Source: Chiloscyllium plagiosum (lineage: Eukaryota). Taken from it: a DNA stretch of 62,000 nucleotides. Positions 13,611 through 26,752 of the stretch are shown one piece after another. The DNA lies in the NCBI RefSeq assembly GCF_004010195.1, contig NC_057718.1:22798952-22860951 (forward strand), given 5' to 3'. Within the stretch, counting starts at the first letter, position 1, and the number at the start of each line of letters is the position of its first letter. Both the position numbers and the translations under genes were made by a program. The notes below the pieces were generated by a model that was not told the DNA's origin, ran no database searches, and saw nothing but the letters and a program-made list of their open reading frames with translations.

Positions 13611-13708
13611 GTGAAGCTTTTGTAAACCGAAGCAACTGATCATGCATAAATATTGCCAAACCCAGTACATCTGAATTCACACATGAGTTTTGGGACCCTT
13701 ATTTAAAA

Positions 13709-13918
13709 GGAGAAAGTGAGGTCTGCAGATGCTGGAGATCAGAGCTGAAAATGTGTTGCTGGTAAAGCGCAGCAGGTCAGGCAGCATCCAAGGAACAGGA
13801 GAATCGATGCCTCGGGCACAAGCCTTCCTGATGGAGGGCTTGTGCCCGAGGCATCGCTTCTCCTGTTCCTTGGATGCTGCCTGATCTGCTGTGCTTTACC
13901 AGCAACACATTTTCAACT
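13709..13918. mobile_element. Palindromic Penelope-derived element (family A) with a mutated hammerhead core
   Basis: 11-bp TSD cttatttaaaa (13698-13708, 13919-13929); inverted arms; core ctgatgg-agggcttgtgccc-gaggcatc. Confidence 0.82.
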
Positions 13919-15001
13919 CTTATTTAAAACCCTGATTAATGAGTGTTTTGCTTTGTGTTTTATCTGTGATATTGCAATCGAGCTGTGTGGAAGAGCATTT
14001 TCTGAAATCACATAATGCAACCACCACTAAATATTTTTCTTCCACACAATTACTCTGCTCTGATGACCGAACTCTGAACTCTGGAGGAAGTTTGTGTCAT
14101 ATGTTTCCCTGTTCAAAATTACAGCATGACTTTGGGGCCCAGTGGTAATAGCCCTACACCTGTGGCCAGAAGTTCTAAGTTCACATCCTACCTACTCCAG
14201 AGATACGTCATAACATCATTTGACCAGAGTAATTAAAAATATCTACAGCATGATTTCGCCCATGCAAGCATTGTTCAATAGAAGCAGCCATCTTGCCTGT
14301 TTGTATACCAAGTCCTTTGACTCACCATAATTTAGGTAAGCTCCACCCACTTAAAAGGTCTTTGATTGCAGACTTCCAGATCAAAAATATCATTCTCAAT
14401 AGAATTAACAATGTCTAAAATAATTATGTAAATGCCTGATGTCATTTAATGGGATCAAGAGCAAAGCTGCATTCCTGCTTGGAGACAGATTGTCTGTACC
14501 AATTAATTCCAACAAAGTTTAAATCAATGCTGTGTTCCCTAGGGCATCTCATTAAAAGAATGAGAGTTATAACTAGCAATAGATTCTAACAAGAGCTGTA
14601 AATTCTTGCGTTATGTTCTGTGTTAACTTCACAATTGTATGTCTTAATGGATTACAACAATTTTATAGACATCAGAAAACTGTATTTGTTAAGGGAATGA
14701 ATTTACTTTGAACCTTGTATTTGCCTTAGCTTCTTCACCATTATTAACTAAGTCCACTAGCTGTCATGTCAATGGAAGAGATCATCAGTGTGAATCTCGA
14801 GAGATTTAGGAGCTTAATTATATGTGACCGCAATGGCTCTGTTGTGAAGGTGTAGAATACATTATGCTAGATTTGGCTCAGTGGCAAGCTTAATGACCTT
14901 TAGATTTTAAAACACACAGAAAATGTACAAGATGTTACCCTCACAACATTATTTTTCCAGCATTCCGAAGACATATGGGATTTTACTTGTGCAGGTGAAT
15001 G

Positions 15002-16535
15002 TGTTATGGACCAGACCAGACCCCCTCCAAATATTTTAAGAAGGTAGAACAGACCTTTTCTTAAGTTCAAAGCAGATGTGAAGTGCCATGTGTCAGATGC
15101 AATGCACTGGTTAAACTACTTGATGTTAAGCAGAACACAGTTTATTTAAACACTATAGTTGAACTGCAATAAAAGGAAGAAGACTTAGAATAACAACTCA
15201 ATTGGATAACAACAGAATAATAGATACAGTAACTATTACTAATTAACTGTTCCAATATAATAACATTCTGGTCCATTCCTTTGGCAACAAGGCAAATTCA
15301 GCAAAGATCCGCGCAAGCAGTTCTCTAATCCAGGACTAATAAAACATCAAGAGAAAATTCAGAGAGATATTTACTGTAGCTTCCAACTCTGTTGAGACTC
15401 CAGTGGATGTGGTCTATCTAGACTTTCAAAAGGCCTTTGATAAGGTGCCACACAGGAGGCTGCTGAGCAAGGTGAGGGCCTATGGTGTTCGAGGTGAGCT
15501 GCTGGGATGGATTGAGGATTGGCTGTCTAACAGAAGGCAGAGAGTTGCGATAAAAGGTTCTTTTTCAGAATGGCAGCCGGTGACGAGCGGTGTCCCGCAG
15601 GGTTCGGTGCTGGGGCCACAGCTGTTCACATTATATATTAATGAATTGGATGAGGGAACCGGGGGCATTCTAGCGAAGTTTGCCGATGATACAAAGTTAG
15701 GTGGACAGGCAGGTAGTACTGAGGAAGTGGGGAGGCTACAGAAGGATCTAGACAGGTTGGGAGAGTGGGCCAGGAAATGGCTGATGGAATTTAACGTGAG
15801 CAAGTGCGAGGTCTTGCACTTTGGCAAAAAGAATAAAAGCATAGACTACTTTCTAAATGGTGAGAAAATTAATAAAGCCAAAGCACAAAGGGATCTGGGA
15901 ATGCTAGTCGAGGATTCTCTAAAGGTAAACATGCAGGTTGAGTCCATGATTAAGAAAGCGAATGCAATGTTGTCTCTTATCTCAAGAGGGTTGGAATATA
16001 AAAGCAGAGATGTACCACTAAGACATTATAAAGCTCTGGTTAGGCCCCATTTGGAGTACTATGTCCAGTTTTGGTCCNNNNNNNNNNNNNNNNNNNNNNN
16101 NNNNNNNNNNNNNNNNNNNNNNNNNNNNNNNNNNNNNNNNNNTTCTACAACTCAATGAAGTCCAGTTGAAGGCCGAGATTGATAGATTCTTGTTGTCTAG
16201 AGGAATTAAGGGCTACGGGGAGAACGCTGGTAAGTGGAGCTGAAATGCGCATCAGCCATGATTGAATGGCGGAGTGGACTCGATGGGCCGAATGGCCTTA
16301 CTTCCACTCCTATGTCTTATGGTCTTATGGTCTTATAGCTTCTGATGCTACAAAGAAAAAAGCAAACCCAGAAATCTGGATCTGTGCGAGCTGACCACAC
16401 CCATTCAAGCTGTTTAAAAATACCAAGCCATGCCAAGCTGTTGATATCACCCCAGACTGCTCTCTGCCTCTGCCTTACAATCACTCTTCAAAAAAACCAA
16501 GACAAAATAACCTCTTGAAGTCAGAGCAATGTCAT
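15002..16535 (-). mobile_element. Solo LTR interrupted by a CR1
   Basis: TGTTATGG… and …TGTCA termini; homologous in opposite orientation to 48014-48412; strand is inferred. Confidence 0.6.
15403..16337 (+). mobile_element. Young 5'-truncated CR1 LINE (uninterrupted RT frame up to an assembly gap)
   Basis: [34 protein letters not shown] and LVRPHLEY motifs; (tcttatgg)n tail; N-gap at 16078-16142. Confidence 0.92.
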
Positions 16536-16565
16536 GTGATAATGTAGTATGTTTCAATATTAATT

Positions 16566-16791
16566 TAAAAAATCACACAACACCAGATTATATAGTCCAA
16601 CAGGTTTATTTGGAAGTACTCGCTTTCAGAGCCCTGCTCCATCATCAGGCAGTTGTCTGAGGAAGGAGCTAGCTGATGAAGGAGCAGCGCTGGAAAGCTA
16701 GTGCTTCCAAAGAAACCTGTTGGACTATAACCTGGTGTTGTGTGATTTTTAACTTTGTCCACCCCAGTCCAATACTGGCACCTCCACATCA
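16566..16791. mobile_element. Palindromic Penelope-derived element (family B)
   Basis: Imperfect 12-bp TSD tcaat(a/t)ttaatt; core ctgatga-aggagcagcgctg-gaaagcta near 16674. Confidence 0.78.
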
Positions 16792-18559
16792 TCAATTTTA
16801 ATTATAATTTGCCCTTTCAATTTGTGTTATTGGTGAAGCTTATCTACTGAATGAATGGACCATTATCAGATACTGTACAATGATTTTCTGAAGAATTCAA
16901 TTTGATTAGCCTTTCTTTTCTCTTTCAGATGTGGAATGATCTGTTATGTTCTATAGCATTTCAGGTTTTTGTTTCAGACTTCCAACATGTTCCATTCTTA
17001 TCTCTATTGACTTGTAATAAGACTATACACTATCTGAATGAGGGCAGATTGCAACACGTTAACAACTTCACCACTTGAACTTCATTGCAATGCAGTGTCA
17101 CTATGTTGCATAATATGCCTGTGCTAAGTTCCCATAATATTGAAAAGGTACACATGCATGCAAATCTTGCAATATATATAGACTGTATTTTAGTAAACTT
17201 GCATCATATTTACCTTGGAATTGGTGATAATGGCTTCAAATTGCAACCATTTGTAGAGTGAAATCCTCAGCACAAATGGTTTAACCAAAATTTGTAGCAC
17301 AAAACAGAGAACCTAAGTAAAATAAAACATGTTGAATGATTGACCCATAACTCTTCTAAACATATACAGTACTAAACCTCACTACCTCATTACCCCAGTA
17401 AATCTCATATGAATAGCATCTAAGGTAGAGTCATTTGTTCTTTCTCCCACTGCGGGGAGTGACTACACTTACTACATTGAATGCTGAGGTCCTTTGCTTT
17501 TGCTTTAACAGTGCAATAAGTTTAAACTGCTGATTGTCAACATTATCAATCTGTCTTTGACTATATTCACCTTGTAACTGTTGAGAGCAAACAATAAAAT
17601 GCTTTCTGTCATTTATTTGTTAAAATGAGACATATTTTAGAAAAAGAAGTGCAGCTGCATGTTTTAGCCTGTCAATATATCTAATGAATTGCTCACAAAG
17701 TAAAACTGTCTGGAAGGTTAGGTTTTAAGTTCCAAACTATTCATGTGCAATTGTTAAAATAATTTCTAAAGCATTAAACTGCATTCTATGGAGCAGAAAC
17801 ACAGCTACTGAATGTCTGGCCTATGTTCATTTTTTAGCAATCAAGATTACTGACACAAACAGAGTCCAACTGAAAAGTACATACTTCTATTTCAAATTTG
17901 ATTAAGCAGCTTTTGCCTGAAGTTAGATTGGCAAAGGACTCAAACATTTACCGTAAGTGGACCTAGCATTTTAATGGTATCCCACTGCATGCTGTAGGGC
18001 AACCAAAGTTCTCTGTGTCCTTTGAAATGAATGTTTTTAAAAAGAAATTGAGAAGAGTGTTCAGTATAGTCTTTTCATGGTCATTGTTACTGAGGGAAAA
18101 ACGTGGTCCAGGATGCTCATCAGATGTTGAACATTTTCTGCTTGTATTGGCTACCGTCCACGTCCATTAATTCCTTATTAATCATTTCAACAGGTGGATG
18201 GTAATGGACTGGGGATTGAGCACAAAATTGGAGAATCCCCCAACCCCCCACCACCCTAACACTTACAACGGCATTGGAAAGAAAGAATTCAGAATTCAAC
18301 TTTTAGTAGGTAGTGAATCCAGTGAGAGAATGGAGCACCTCTACAAGGAATATTGGCTTCCTATTGGGATTGTATGTCTGATTTTCTAAGATGGTGCTTC
18401 ATCCCCAGGCTGCGCAGATCAGAAAATTGAGGCTGTGCTGTTACAAATATTTGCCATAATGAAGAAAACACACCTGCAAGCTTTTCATTTCCTGAGATGG
18501 TTAGCCAACGAGTAAGATTCACCATTGATAATGAAAGACCTGTTCTATTGGGTGGATGC

Positions 18560-19045
18560 ACTTGCCTGGATGAGTGCAGCTCCAACAAAGCTTAACAAGC
18601 TTGACACCATCCAGGACAAAGCAGCCTGCTTGATTTGCACCACATCCACAAGCATCCACTCCCTCCCCCCCCCCAACGCTCAGTAGCAGCAGTGTGTACT
18701 ATCTACAAGATGAACTGCCAGAAATTCTTCAAAGATCCTGAAACAATACTTTACAAACCCATGACCACTTTCATTTAGGAGGAGAAGGGCAGCAAATATA
18801 TGGGAACAACACCACCTGTAGGTTTCTCTCCAAGCTGCTCACCATCCTGACTTGGAAATATAACACCATTTCTTCACTGTCGCTGGGATAAAATCCAGGA
18901 ATACTCCCTTAGGGCATTACGGGTCTACCTACAGCACATGGAACTTCAGCGGTTCAAGAAGGGAGCTCACCACCACTTCCATAAGTCAACTAAGGACAAC
19001 AATCGATGCTGGGCAGCCAGCAATGGCCACATCCCACAAGTGAAA
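18560..19045 (+). mobile_element. LINE 3' end (CR1/L2 clade), different family from HER1
   Basis: KLDTIQDKAACLI…HSL…RSVAAVCTIYKM-like reading, ending gccacatcccac; a related minus-strand piece hosts the MITE at 25544. Confidence 0.6.
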
Positions 19046-19081
19046 AACAAATTAATGTAGTAAATTGGCTGAGTGAGAAAT

Positions 19082-19837
19082 GGACCTGGATGTTCTGATG
19101 GCCACGGGTTGGGAGTTGCAGGACTCTGCAGAAATTCCATCGAAGGAAACGCTGAAGGAATTGCTCAGCAAACTGAAGATTTCACAGACCAATTTCCCTA
19201 TACCTGGAACCCTCTGGAAAAGCTCCATAAATCTGAGATTTCAGAGTTGTGAAAAAAATTAAGTTAATAGTTACTCAGGAAAAGTTAGACTATTAAATAC
19301 ATAGTCTAAATCCTGAGTAACTAGTGAACTGACTACTTAATACCTCATCCTCCCCCATACCTTGACCCAACACTTCCTTCCCCTACTGGTATCCTAAACA
19401 TTGTGTCAATTATCTGGCCACTTTCCATCTTGCACACTGGTATCCTCCCTACCTGGTACCATAACCCCTGCCCACTTGGTACCCTCCTCACCTGGCACCC
19501 CACCACCTAATCAGCTGGCACCCAACTTTCCAGATGTTCTCCTTACCTGGCACCCTTCCCCCTACCAATCTGACGTCCGAATATCAGCCTTCCCTCTGTT
19601 TTTACAATTTGACTGCAGCTGTCAGGATCCTTAAGTGTCATAATACTGTAGCTGGCTGGCATGATAAAGGAATCTAGTGGTTTGCCTTTCTCTGACAGTT
19701 CTGCTTTGTGGAAGAATGGACAGAATGGCGATACATCTCTGTAGTTTTGAGGTAGTCCTGCTTGGAACCTCCTCCTAGAAATGTATAACTCTCCTCTTGG
19801 AAAAAAAGAAGACGCTGCTCCTCAGAAAATCCAGTCC
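19082..19837. mobile_element. Degenerate non-autonomous DNA transposon (MITE-like)
   Basis: Imperfect terminal inverted repeats ggacctggatgttctga / tcagaaaatccagtcc; C-rich low-complexity interior. Confidence 0.4.
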
Positions 19838-21439
19838 TAAGTCATGGTTGATCCATTCACTCAGAGAAGCTGCCTCAGTTGCTAACACTGAAAACTAGTG
19901 TAACTAGTTTGATCAGGTGAATGAAAGGCCGCCTTTCTCCACGTCACAATAGCTTACGATTAAGAATACCTTCTTGTGAATAAGTTATTAAAGTTGGAAT
20001 ATTTTCAGGAAGGTTATTTTATCAGGTGCAGAATATTGGGTTCTGAAATGAGAAATTGGATGAATTGGAGCACCAAATCTCTTCTTTCTGTTTGGAGTAT
20101 TAACACTGGCAGTAGGCAAGCAAAGAGATGACCTACTTCCACATTCTTTTTGCTGTAGTATAAAGGGAGAGAGCTGCAGACTTTTTTTCTTTATTTATTC
20201 ATGGAATGTGGAGGATGATAACAATGCCAGCATTTGCTGCCCATGCGCAACTGCCCTTGAAATAAGTGGCTTGCTCATCCATTGCAGATTGGAGGTAAGA
20301 GTGAGTCACAATGCTATGGATTTGGAATCATCTGTAGACCAGACTGGGTCCAAAGCATTAGTGAATCAAAATTAATGATCATTGATCACGACTATATTTC
20401 AGATTTTTATTATTTAATTTTAGTACCAGACGTCGTGATGGGATTTAAACCCATGTTCCCCAGAGCCTCTGGATGACTAGCCCAGTGACATTACCACTAA
20501 GCCATCATATCCTCCTAATTTCATAGATCCTTTGCTGATCTTGGTTGTATGTGATCCAGTTTGGAGAGAGCAGATAAAGAAAGCATTACTAGCAGTTCAC
20601 ATGTTTTTGAGCATGGTGGTAGCTCCTGTCCATCACACTAATAGCACTTACTAAAAAAGTAAGTAAATTAATGATGCACCAGACCAGGTAAGCTAATTCC
20701 CCACATATTGATGTAAGTAACTCGGACTGGCTCCTCGCCCATATCTGTCTCCACATTGGTCCTATGCCCAGTGTGTTTGATATATGAACTGTACAAGTGC
20801 AGTTGTAGCTTTGTCAGGCAGTAAACAAATACACAGGAATTGGATTAAGGCCAAGAAAAGAATAGGCTTGTGGGCGAGTAAATTAATCAGTTTGGTTAAA
20901 GAGAAAAAACGAGCTATCAGAAAATTTTCAAAACCAATTAAAGTCAAGGTCAGTTAGAAGATGAAAGGATAGTTCCAAATGAAAGAGTAATTAATTTATT
21001 TTAAGTAAATAGTAAATATTTCATTGTCTATTAATTTTTATGATGAAGGAATTTCTTTGGAGCTGTTGTGGCATTTTTCCTTTGGATATAGGAAGAGAAG
21101 CAGGCAATTTAGCCTCTCGATGCTATACCATCACCATTCCCTCGATCATAGTGAAAGATGCAGTGACCTAGATCCACATACCTAACTTTGCCCCTGTCCC
21201 TGAGTACATTTGCCTAATAAACTGAAAACAATTTCAATGTTAAAATTGACAATTGATTTACTACCAATTATCATTGATAGAGGAAAGTTTCAAATTTTAA
21301 CACACTGTGCATGCAAAAATATTTCCTAGTTTCACTCCACTCTCTGGCTCTTTAGATTAAACGCCAGTTGAGACTATTCAACCTGCAATACCGATTCTTT
21401 CTATCTACCCTTTATGTTCCCTTTAACCATCTCCCTCTC

Positions 21440-21980
21440 CCTAAATAGTTTGGTCCCCTTATCTACAGAGAAATATACTGGTATTGGAGATAGTGCATGG
21501 AAGGTTGAGCCAGTCATGGAAGGGCTTTCTTATGAGGAGATGTTGAGTAGGTTGGACTTGTACTCATTGGCATTTTGAAAAATGAAAGGCGATCTTTTTG
21601 AAACATATAAAAGATGAAGGAGCTTGTCTAAGGAAGGATCTTGATGACTTGATGGGGTAGATGCTGTGAGATTTTTTTCCATAGTGGGAAAATCTAGAGC
21701 CAGAGGATGTATTCTCAGTAAGAAGTTGCCATTTAAAAGAGATGAGAATGAACTTTTTCCTGAGTAGTCAATTTGTGAAATTCTTTACAGAAGGTCGCTT
21801 TTGAGGTTGGGTTACATATATTCAAACTGGGAGAGAAAGATTTTTAATCAATAAGGAAATCCAGGATTAAGGGGAAGAGGCAGGAAAGTAACATGGAGGG
21901 TTGTTAGATCAGCCATGATCTCTCCGAACGATGGAACTGACTTGATAGGCTGAATAGCCTCCTTCAGTTGCTAGATCTTT
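21440..21980 (+). mobile_element. Old CR1 3' fragment
   Basis: Degenerate LSYEEMLSRLDLYSL and a gatcagccatgatct 3' UTR motif. Confidence 0.7.
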
Positions 21981-22471
21981 TGATTTTGATATCTTGAAAA
22001 TGTTGCTCAAATGACCCCTTAGACTTTCAAATTCCAGGAAATACAACACTATTTTGTGTAAGTATAGTTTGCAAATTAGGGAAATATTCGCATCAGAAGG
22101 TAGTGGAAATGGGGTCATTAAACATGTTTAAGGCAGAGATTGATTTTTGTTAAGCAAGGAAATTAAAGTCTATTGGGAGTAGATGGAATCATATTGAATG
22201 GCACAGCAGGCCAAGGGGTCAAATGGTGTGCATCTGATCCTATTTCATATGTCAATGTGTAATTTGAATCTGGAAGTCTAGCTTTCACTCAGGTTGAGTC
22301 TATGCTGCCCACCCTCCAAGTCTGATATATCGTTCCTGAATTGTGCCTATTGTAATATTTCAGTCCTTTAGAAATACAGGTAAATCTTCCATTAGCCTTT
22401 TTTTCAAATAGAAATTACATGTTTAGGTACAGAAAATAATGAGAATTAAAACCAGGCCCCATATTCTCTTA

Positions 22472-24575
22472 CATAGAAACAGAAATTGCTGGAGAAACTC
22501 AGCATCTATGGGAAGAAAACAGAGATAATGTTTTCAACCTGGTGACTCTTTGTCAGAACTGACAGTAGTTCGGAAAAAGTGGTACTTACGCTGAAGCCAA
22601 AGTGGGAGTCGGGGTAATGGGCCGAGGGGACAGAATGGTGGAGATGGAACCCAGAGAGCGAGATAGGAAAATGGTTGATAAACAAGGAAATAATGGATAG
22701 AAGACAAGGACAGAAGAAAAGCTGAATAAGAGATACTAAGAGCTAAGAGTGAGAAAATGATTTAGCTCTGGTGAATACAAACTTTATAACACTCACTACT
22801 GAGAGGGATCTTGATGTTTCTGAGGACAGCATGAAACAAACTGATATGTTGGAACAGGTTGACATTAGGAATGAGGATGTGCAGAAAATTTTTGAAAAAC
22901 ATAAGGACAGATGGGATATACCTAGGTTATTACAGGAAGCAAGAGAAGAGATTGCTGCGCCTTTGGTGATGATCTTTGCATCCTCACTGTCCACTGGAGT
23001 AGTACCAGATGATTGGAGGGTGGCAACTGTTACTCCCCTATTCAATAATGGGAAAAGGAATATCCTGGGAATGATTGACCAGACATTTTTACTCAATGGT
23101 GGGCAAATTATTGGAGAGGATTCTGAGAGATAATTACTTAGAAAACCATAGTTTGATCAGAGGTGGTCAGCATGTCTTTGTGAGGGGAAGGTCATGTCTC
23201 ACAAAACTTATTAAATTCTTTGAGGATGTGACAAAACAATTTGATGAAGGTAGAGCAGTGGATGTGGTGTACTTGGATTTCAGCAAGGCACTTGATAATG
23301 TTCCCCATGGTAGGCTCATTCAGAAAGTAAGGAGGCATAGAATACAGGGAAACCTGTCTGTCCGATACAGAATTAGCTGGCCCATAGATGACAGGAAGTG
23401 GTGGTAGATGAAAAGTAGTCAGCCTGGAGTTCAATGACCAGTGGTGTTCTGCAGGAATCAGTTCTGGGGGACCTCTGCTTTTTGTGATTTTTAGAAATGA
23501 CTTGGATGATGAAGTGGAAGTGTGGGTTAGTAAGTTTGCTCAAGGCATGAAGGTTGATAGTGTAGAGGGCTGTTGTAAGTTGCAATGGAACATTGACAAG
23601 ATGCAGAATTGGGCTGAGAAGTGGCAGATGGAGTTCAACCTGGAAAAATGTGAAGTCATTCACTTTGGAAGGTTGAACTTGAATGCAGAATACAGGGTTA
23701 AAGGCAGAATTCGTGGCAGTGTGGAGGAACAGAGGGATCTTGGGGTTCATGTCCATATATCCCTTAAAGTTGCACCCATGTTGATAGGATTGTTAAGAAG
23801 GTGGGTGGTGTGTTGGCTTTAATTAGCAGGGGACTTGAGTTTAAGGTTATGCGGCAGATCTATAGAGTCCCGATTTGACCACACTTGGAATATTGTGTTC
23901 AGTTTTGCTCCCCTCATCATAGGAAGGATGTGAAAGCTTTAAAGAGGGTGCAGAGGAGATTTACCAGGATGCTGCCTGGACTGGAGGGCATGTATTATAA
24001 AAAATGTTGATGGAGCTAGGGCTTTTCTAGTGCGAAAAGGATGAGAGGTGACTTGACAGAGGTGTACAAGAAGATGAGGGGCATAGATAGAGTGGATAGC
24101 CAGAGACTTTTTGCCTTGGCAGAAATGCCTATCACAAGGGGACATAATTTTAAAGTGATTGGAGGAAGCTTTCGGGGAGATTACTCAGATGGTGGATGCT
24201 TGGAGGGCACTGCCAGCAGTGGTAGCAAAGTCAGATACATTAGGGACATTTAAGCGACTCTTGGATAGGCACATGGATGATAGTAAAATGAAGGGTATAA
24301 AGGTTAGTCTGATCTTAGAGTAGGTTAAAAGGCCGGCACAACTTTGAGGGCTGAAGGGCATGTACTGTGCTGTACTGTGCTATGTTCTATGTTCTATAAC
24401 ATGATGATTTGCCCAGGAGTACTGGGAATGGAAGACAGCACCATGTGTGGGCTGGGTAAAAAAGATTGAAAGGATGGAATCAGGCTCTAAAGCTATCAAA
24501 CTCGATGTTGAGTCCTCGATGCTGCAGGATCACCAAGCGGAAAATGGGATGTTCTTCAAGCATGTGCTGAGGCTG
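22472..24575 (-). mobile_element. Old Penelope-like 3' remnant split by a CR1 insertion
   Basis: Penelope-type terminal repeat at 22472-22560, purine-rich spacer, continuation at 24400-24575. Confidence 0.5.
22790..24397 (+). mobile_element. CR1/HER1 LINE, ~1.6 kb, frameshifted
   Basis: GVVPDDWRVA, GRSCLTKLIKFFE, DVVYLDFSKA and RGDLTEVYK motifs; (ctatgtt)n tail. Confidence 0.9.
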
Positions 24576-25543
24576 TCTATCTTATCATTGTCTCTCCCTT
24601 ATCACATTACAAGTCTACATTTTTATGGTCTTAGCTTTGGGCTTTGCAAAGTGAATTTTGGATCTGCCTCATTTTAACAAAAGTTACACTATTACCACAT
24701 ACAGACAATCCACTCATCAAGTTCAAAGGATTTGAAGATTAGAACACAGTTTTGATCATTGAAACTGAAGATGATATACAGTTCACAAGGAGACAACCCA
24801 AACACCAAAATGCAATCTTTTTGTCTGCTTGATCATGCACACAATTAGCTTCTAAATGAGTTCAATCAAAACTGCTATAAATTCAATGACATCAGTAAAG
24901 CCAAGAAGGTAGAAGCAAATACATCTGAAGCAAGGAATAATTAGTGTTTATTATTATGGCAATAAACCTTTTAGACATTTTCTTCATGAGGTCATCTCTG
25001 TTGCAGTCATTAATCATCTTTTGGGCACATTTAATCAACGCAATTCATGTGAGCCAATAAATACCATATTTTAATCAAACCTATCCTAATTGCAATTAGA
25101 ATTCGATTATCTTTATGTCTGCAGTTCAACTGAACTCAGTTGACATTTGGGATAACAATAACCTCGTAGGCAGTTTGCTTATTTAGATTTCAGATTTGCT
25201 TTTTGCAAAAATTTTTGTTGGTGGATCAACGCCTTAAAGAGTGGTTCATAAATCACAGACCAGCGATGAACTGAGTCCATTAATTTGTTGCTGGATATGG
25301 TGGTCAGATACAGTAGCATTAATAGCTGGCTCACAGTTAAGTGCTCCTCTCCACGGAGATAAAAACACCGAGTAACCATTTCCAGTTTGCAATTGGAGCA
25401 ATGGAAGGTTTTTTTAAATTTACTCAGGTATATGAGCATCGCTGGCTGGCCAGCATTTATTGCCCATCCCTTGTTGCCCTTGAGCTCATCTGCCTTCTTA
25501 AACTGCTGCAGTCCAGTTGACCGACATAGCCCTTAGGGAATGT

Positions 25544-25929
25544 GGTAATGGGACCATTCGCCGCCGCTGATTCACCGCCGCCGATTAGCCACTGCCCTTT
25601 CACCGCCGAGGATGCTTAACCAGCGCCCATTGGCCACTGAGGACGATTCGCCACCGCAAGTGTTTGTAACTCATTTTTATGCATAAACTAATAACATGAT
25701 ATTTATTTCACCTCTTTTTTAAATCAATATGTACCATGTTGTTGTATAAATAAAGGGTACTGAGAAGTATGAAAGAACAGGCGGGAGGGAAAACAATCAG
25801 TACATATATATATTTCCAGTGGCGAATAGTTTCCAGAGGTCAAACGGCCCCAGTGGAGAAACGCTGGTGGCGAACCGGCAGTGGCTAATCGGTGGTGGCG
25901 AATGTGCCGCAGCGAATCGTCACCAACCC
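25544..25929. mobile_element. CpG-rich MITE with ~15-bp periodic subterminal inverted arrays (Mutator/MULE-like)
   Basis: Left array of ttcgccgcc-like units, right array of ggcggcgaa-like units; 9-bp imperfect TSD tagggaa(t/g)g. Confidence 0.65.
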
Positions 25930-26059
25930 TAGGGAAGGAACGCCAGGATTTTGAACCAGCAACCGTCAAGGAGCAGCGATAAATTTCCAATTCAGGATGG
26001 TGAGTGGATCAGAGGGCACTTGTAGGTGGTGTTTCAATGTATCTATTGCCCTTGGGCAG

Positions 26060-26440
26060 GGCATGGTGATTCAGTGGTTAACACTGCTGCCTCAAAGCAC
26101 CAGGGACACAGGTTCAATTCCAGCCTCAGGCTTCCCAGACTTATCCTTGATCCGTGGCTCAACAAAGATTGTCCATCCAAACTTCTTCACTGTGTGGAGT
26201 TTGCACATTCTCCTCCCTGTGTCTGCGTGGATTTCCTCCGGGTGCTCTGGTTTCCTCCCACAATCCAAAGATGTGTAGATTAGGTGAATTGGCGATACTA
26301 AATTGCCCATAGATGCATTAGTCAGGAGAAATGTAGAGTAACAGTGTAGGGGAATAGGTTTGGGTGGGTGGCCTTTTGGAGTGTCAGCATGGACTTGATG
26401 AGCCAAATGGCCTGTTTCCACATTGTAGAGATTCTATGAT
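26060..26440 (+). mobile_element. HE1-type V-SINE with a ~58-bp foreign insert
   Basis: tRNA-like A/B boxes, V-domain tgtgtggagtttgcacattctcc, HER1-like tail. Confidence 0.85.
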
Positions 26441-26752
26441 GAATATTTCTTGGATTTCAGATTTTTGAAACTTCCATCAATGCAATCCCGCCAATAGAAA
26501 ATTCATAATCAACTGTCTGTGACTGCAGTATGCTTTCCATTACTTTGTTATGCTGTACCGAATTGAATACCAACTGGAGTATTATTTATCTATTATTCTG
26601 ATAAATTCAACACCTTTAACTCCAATGCACTAACTTTATATTACTTCACGGTTGTAGTTCCACTGAACTCAGTTGTCATCCATGTTCTTCTTCCATGATC
26701 ATTTTTAAGCTATCTACGTTTGAGGGAACGGGGGTGGTTGAAGTATTTTAAA

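Noticed and set aside
25555..25660. Periodic short repeats resembling a CRISPR array
   Set aside because: Eukaryotic context, no unique spacers, and mirrored at the other end; these are transposon subterminal repeats
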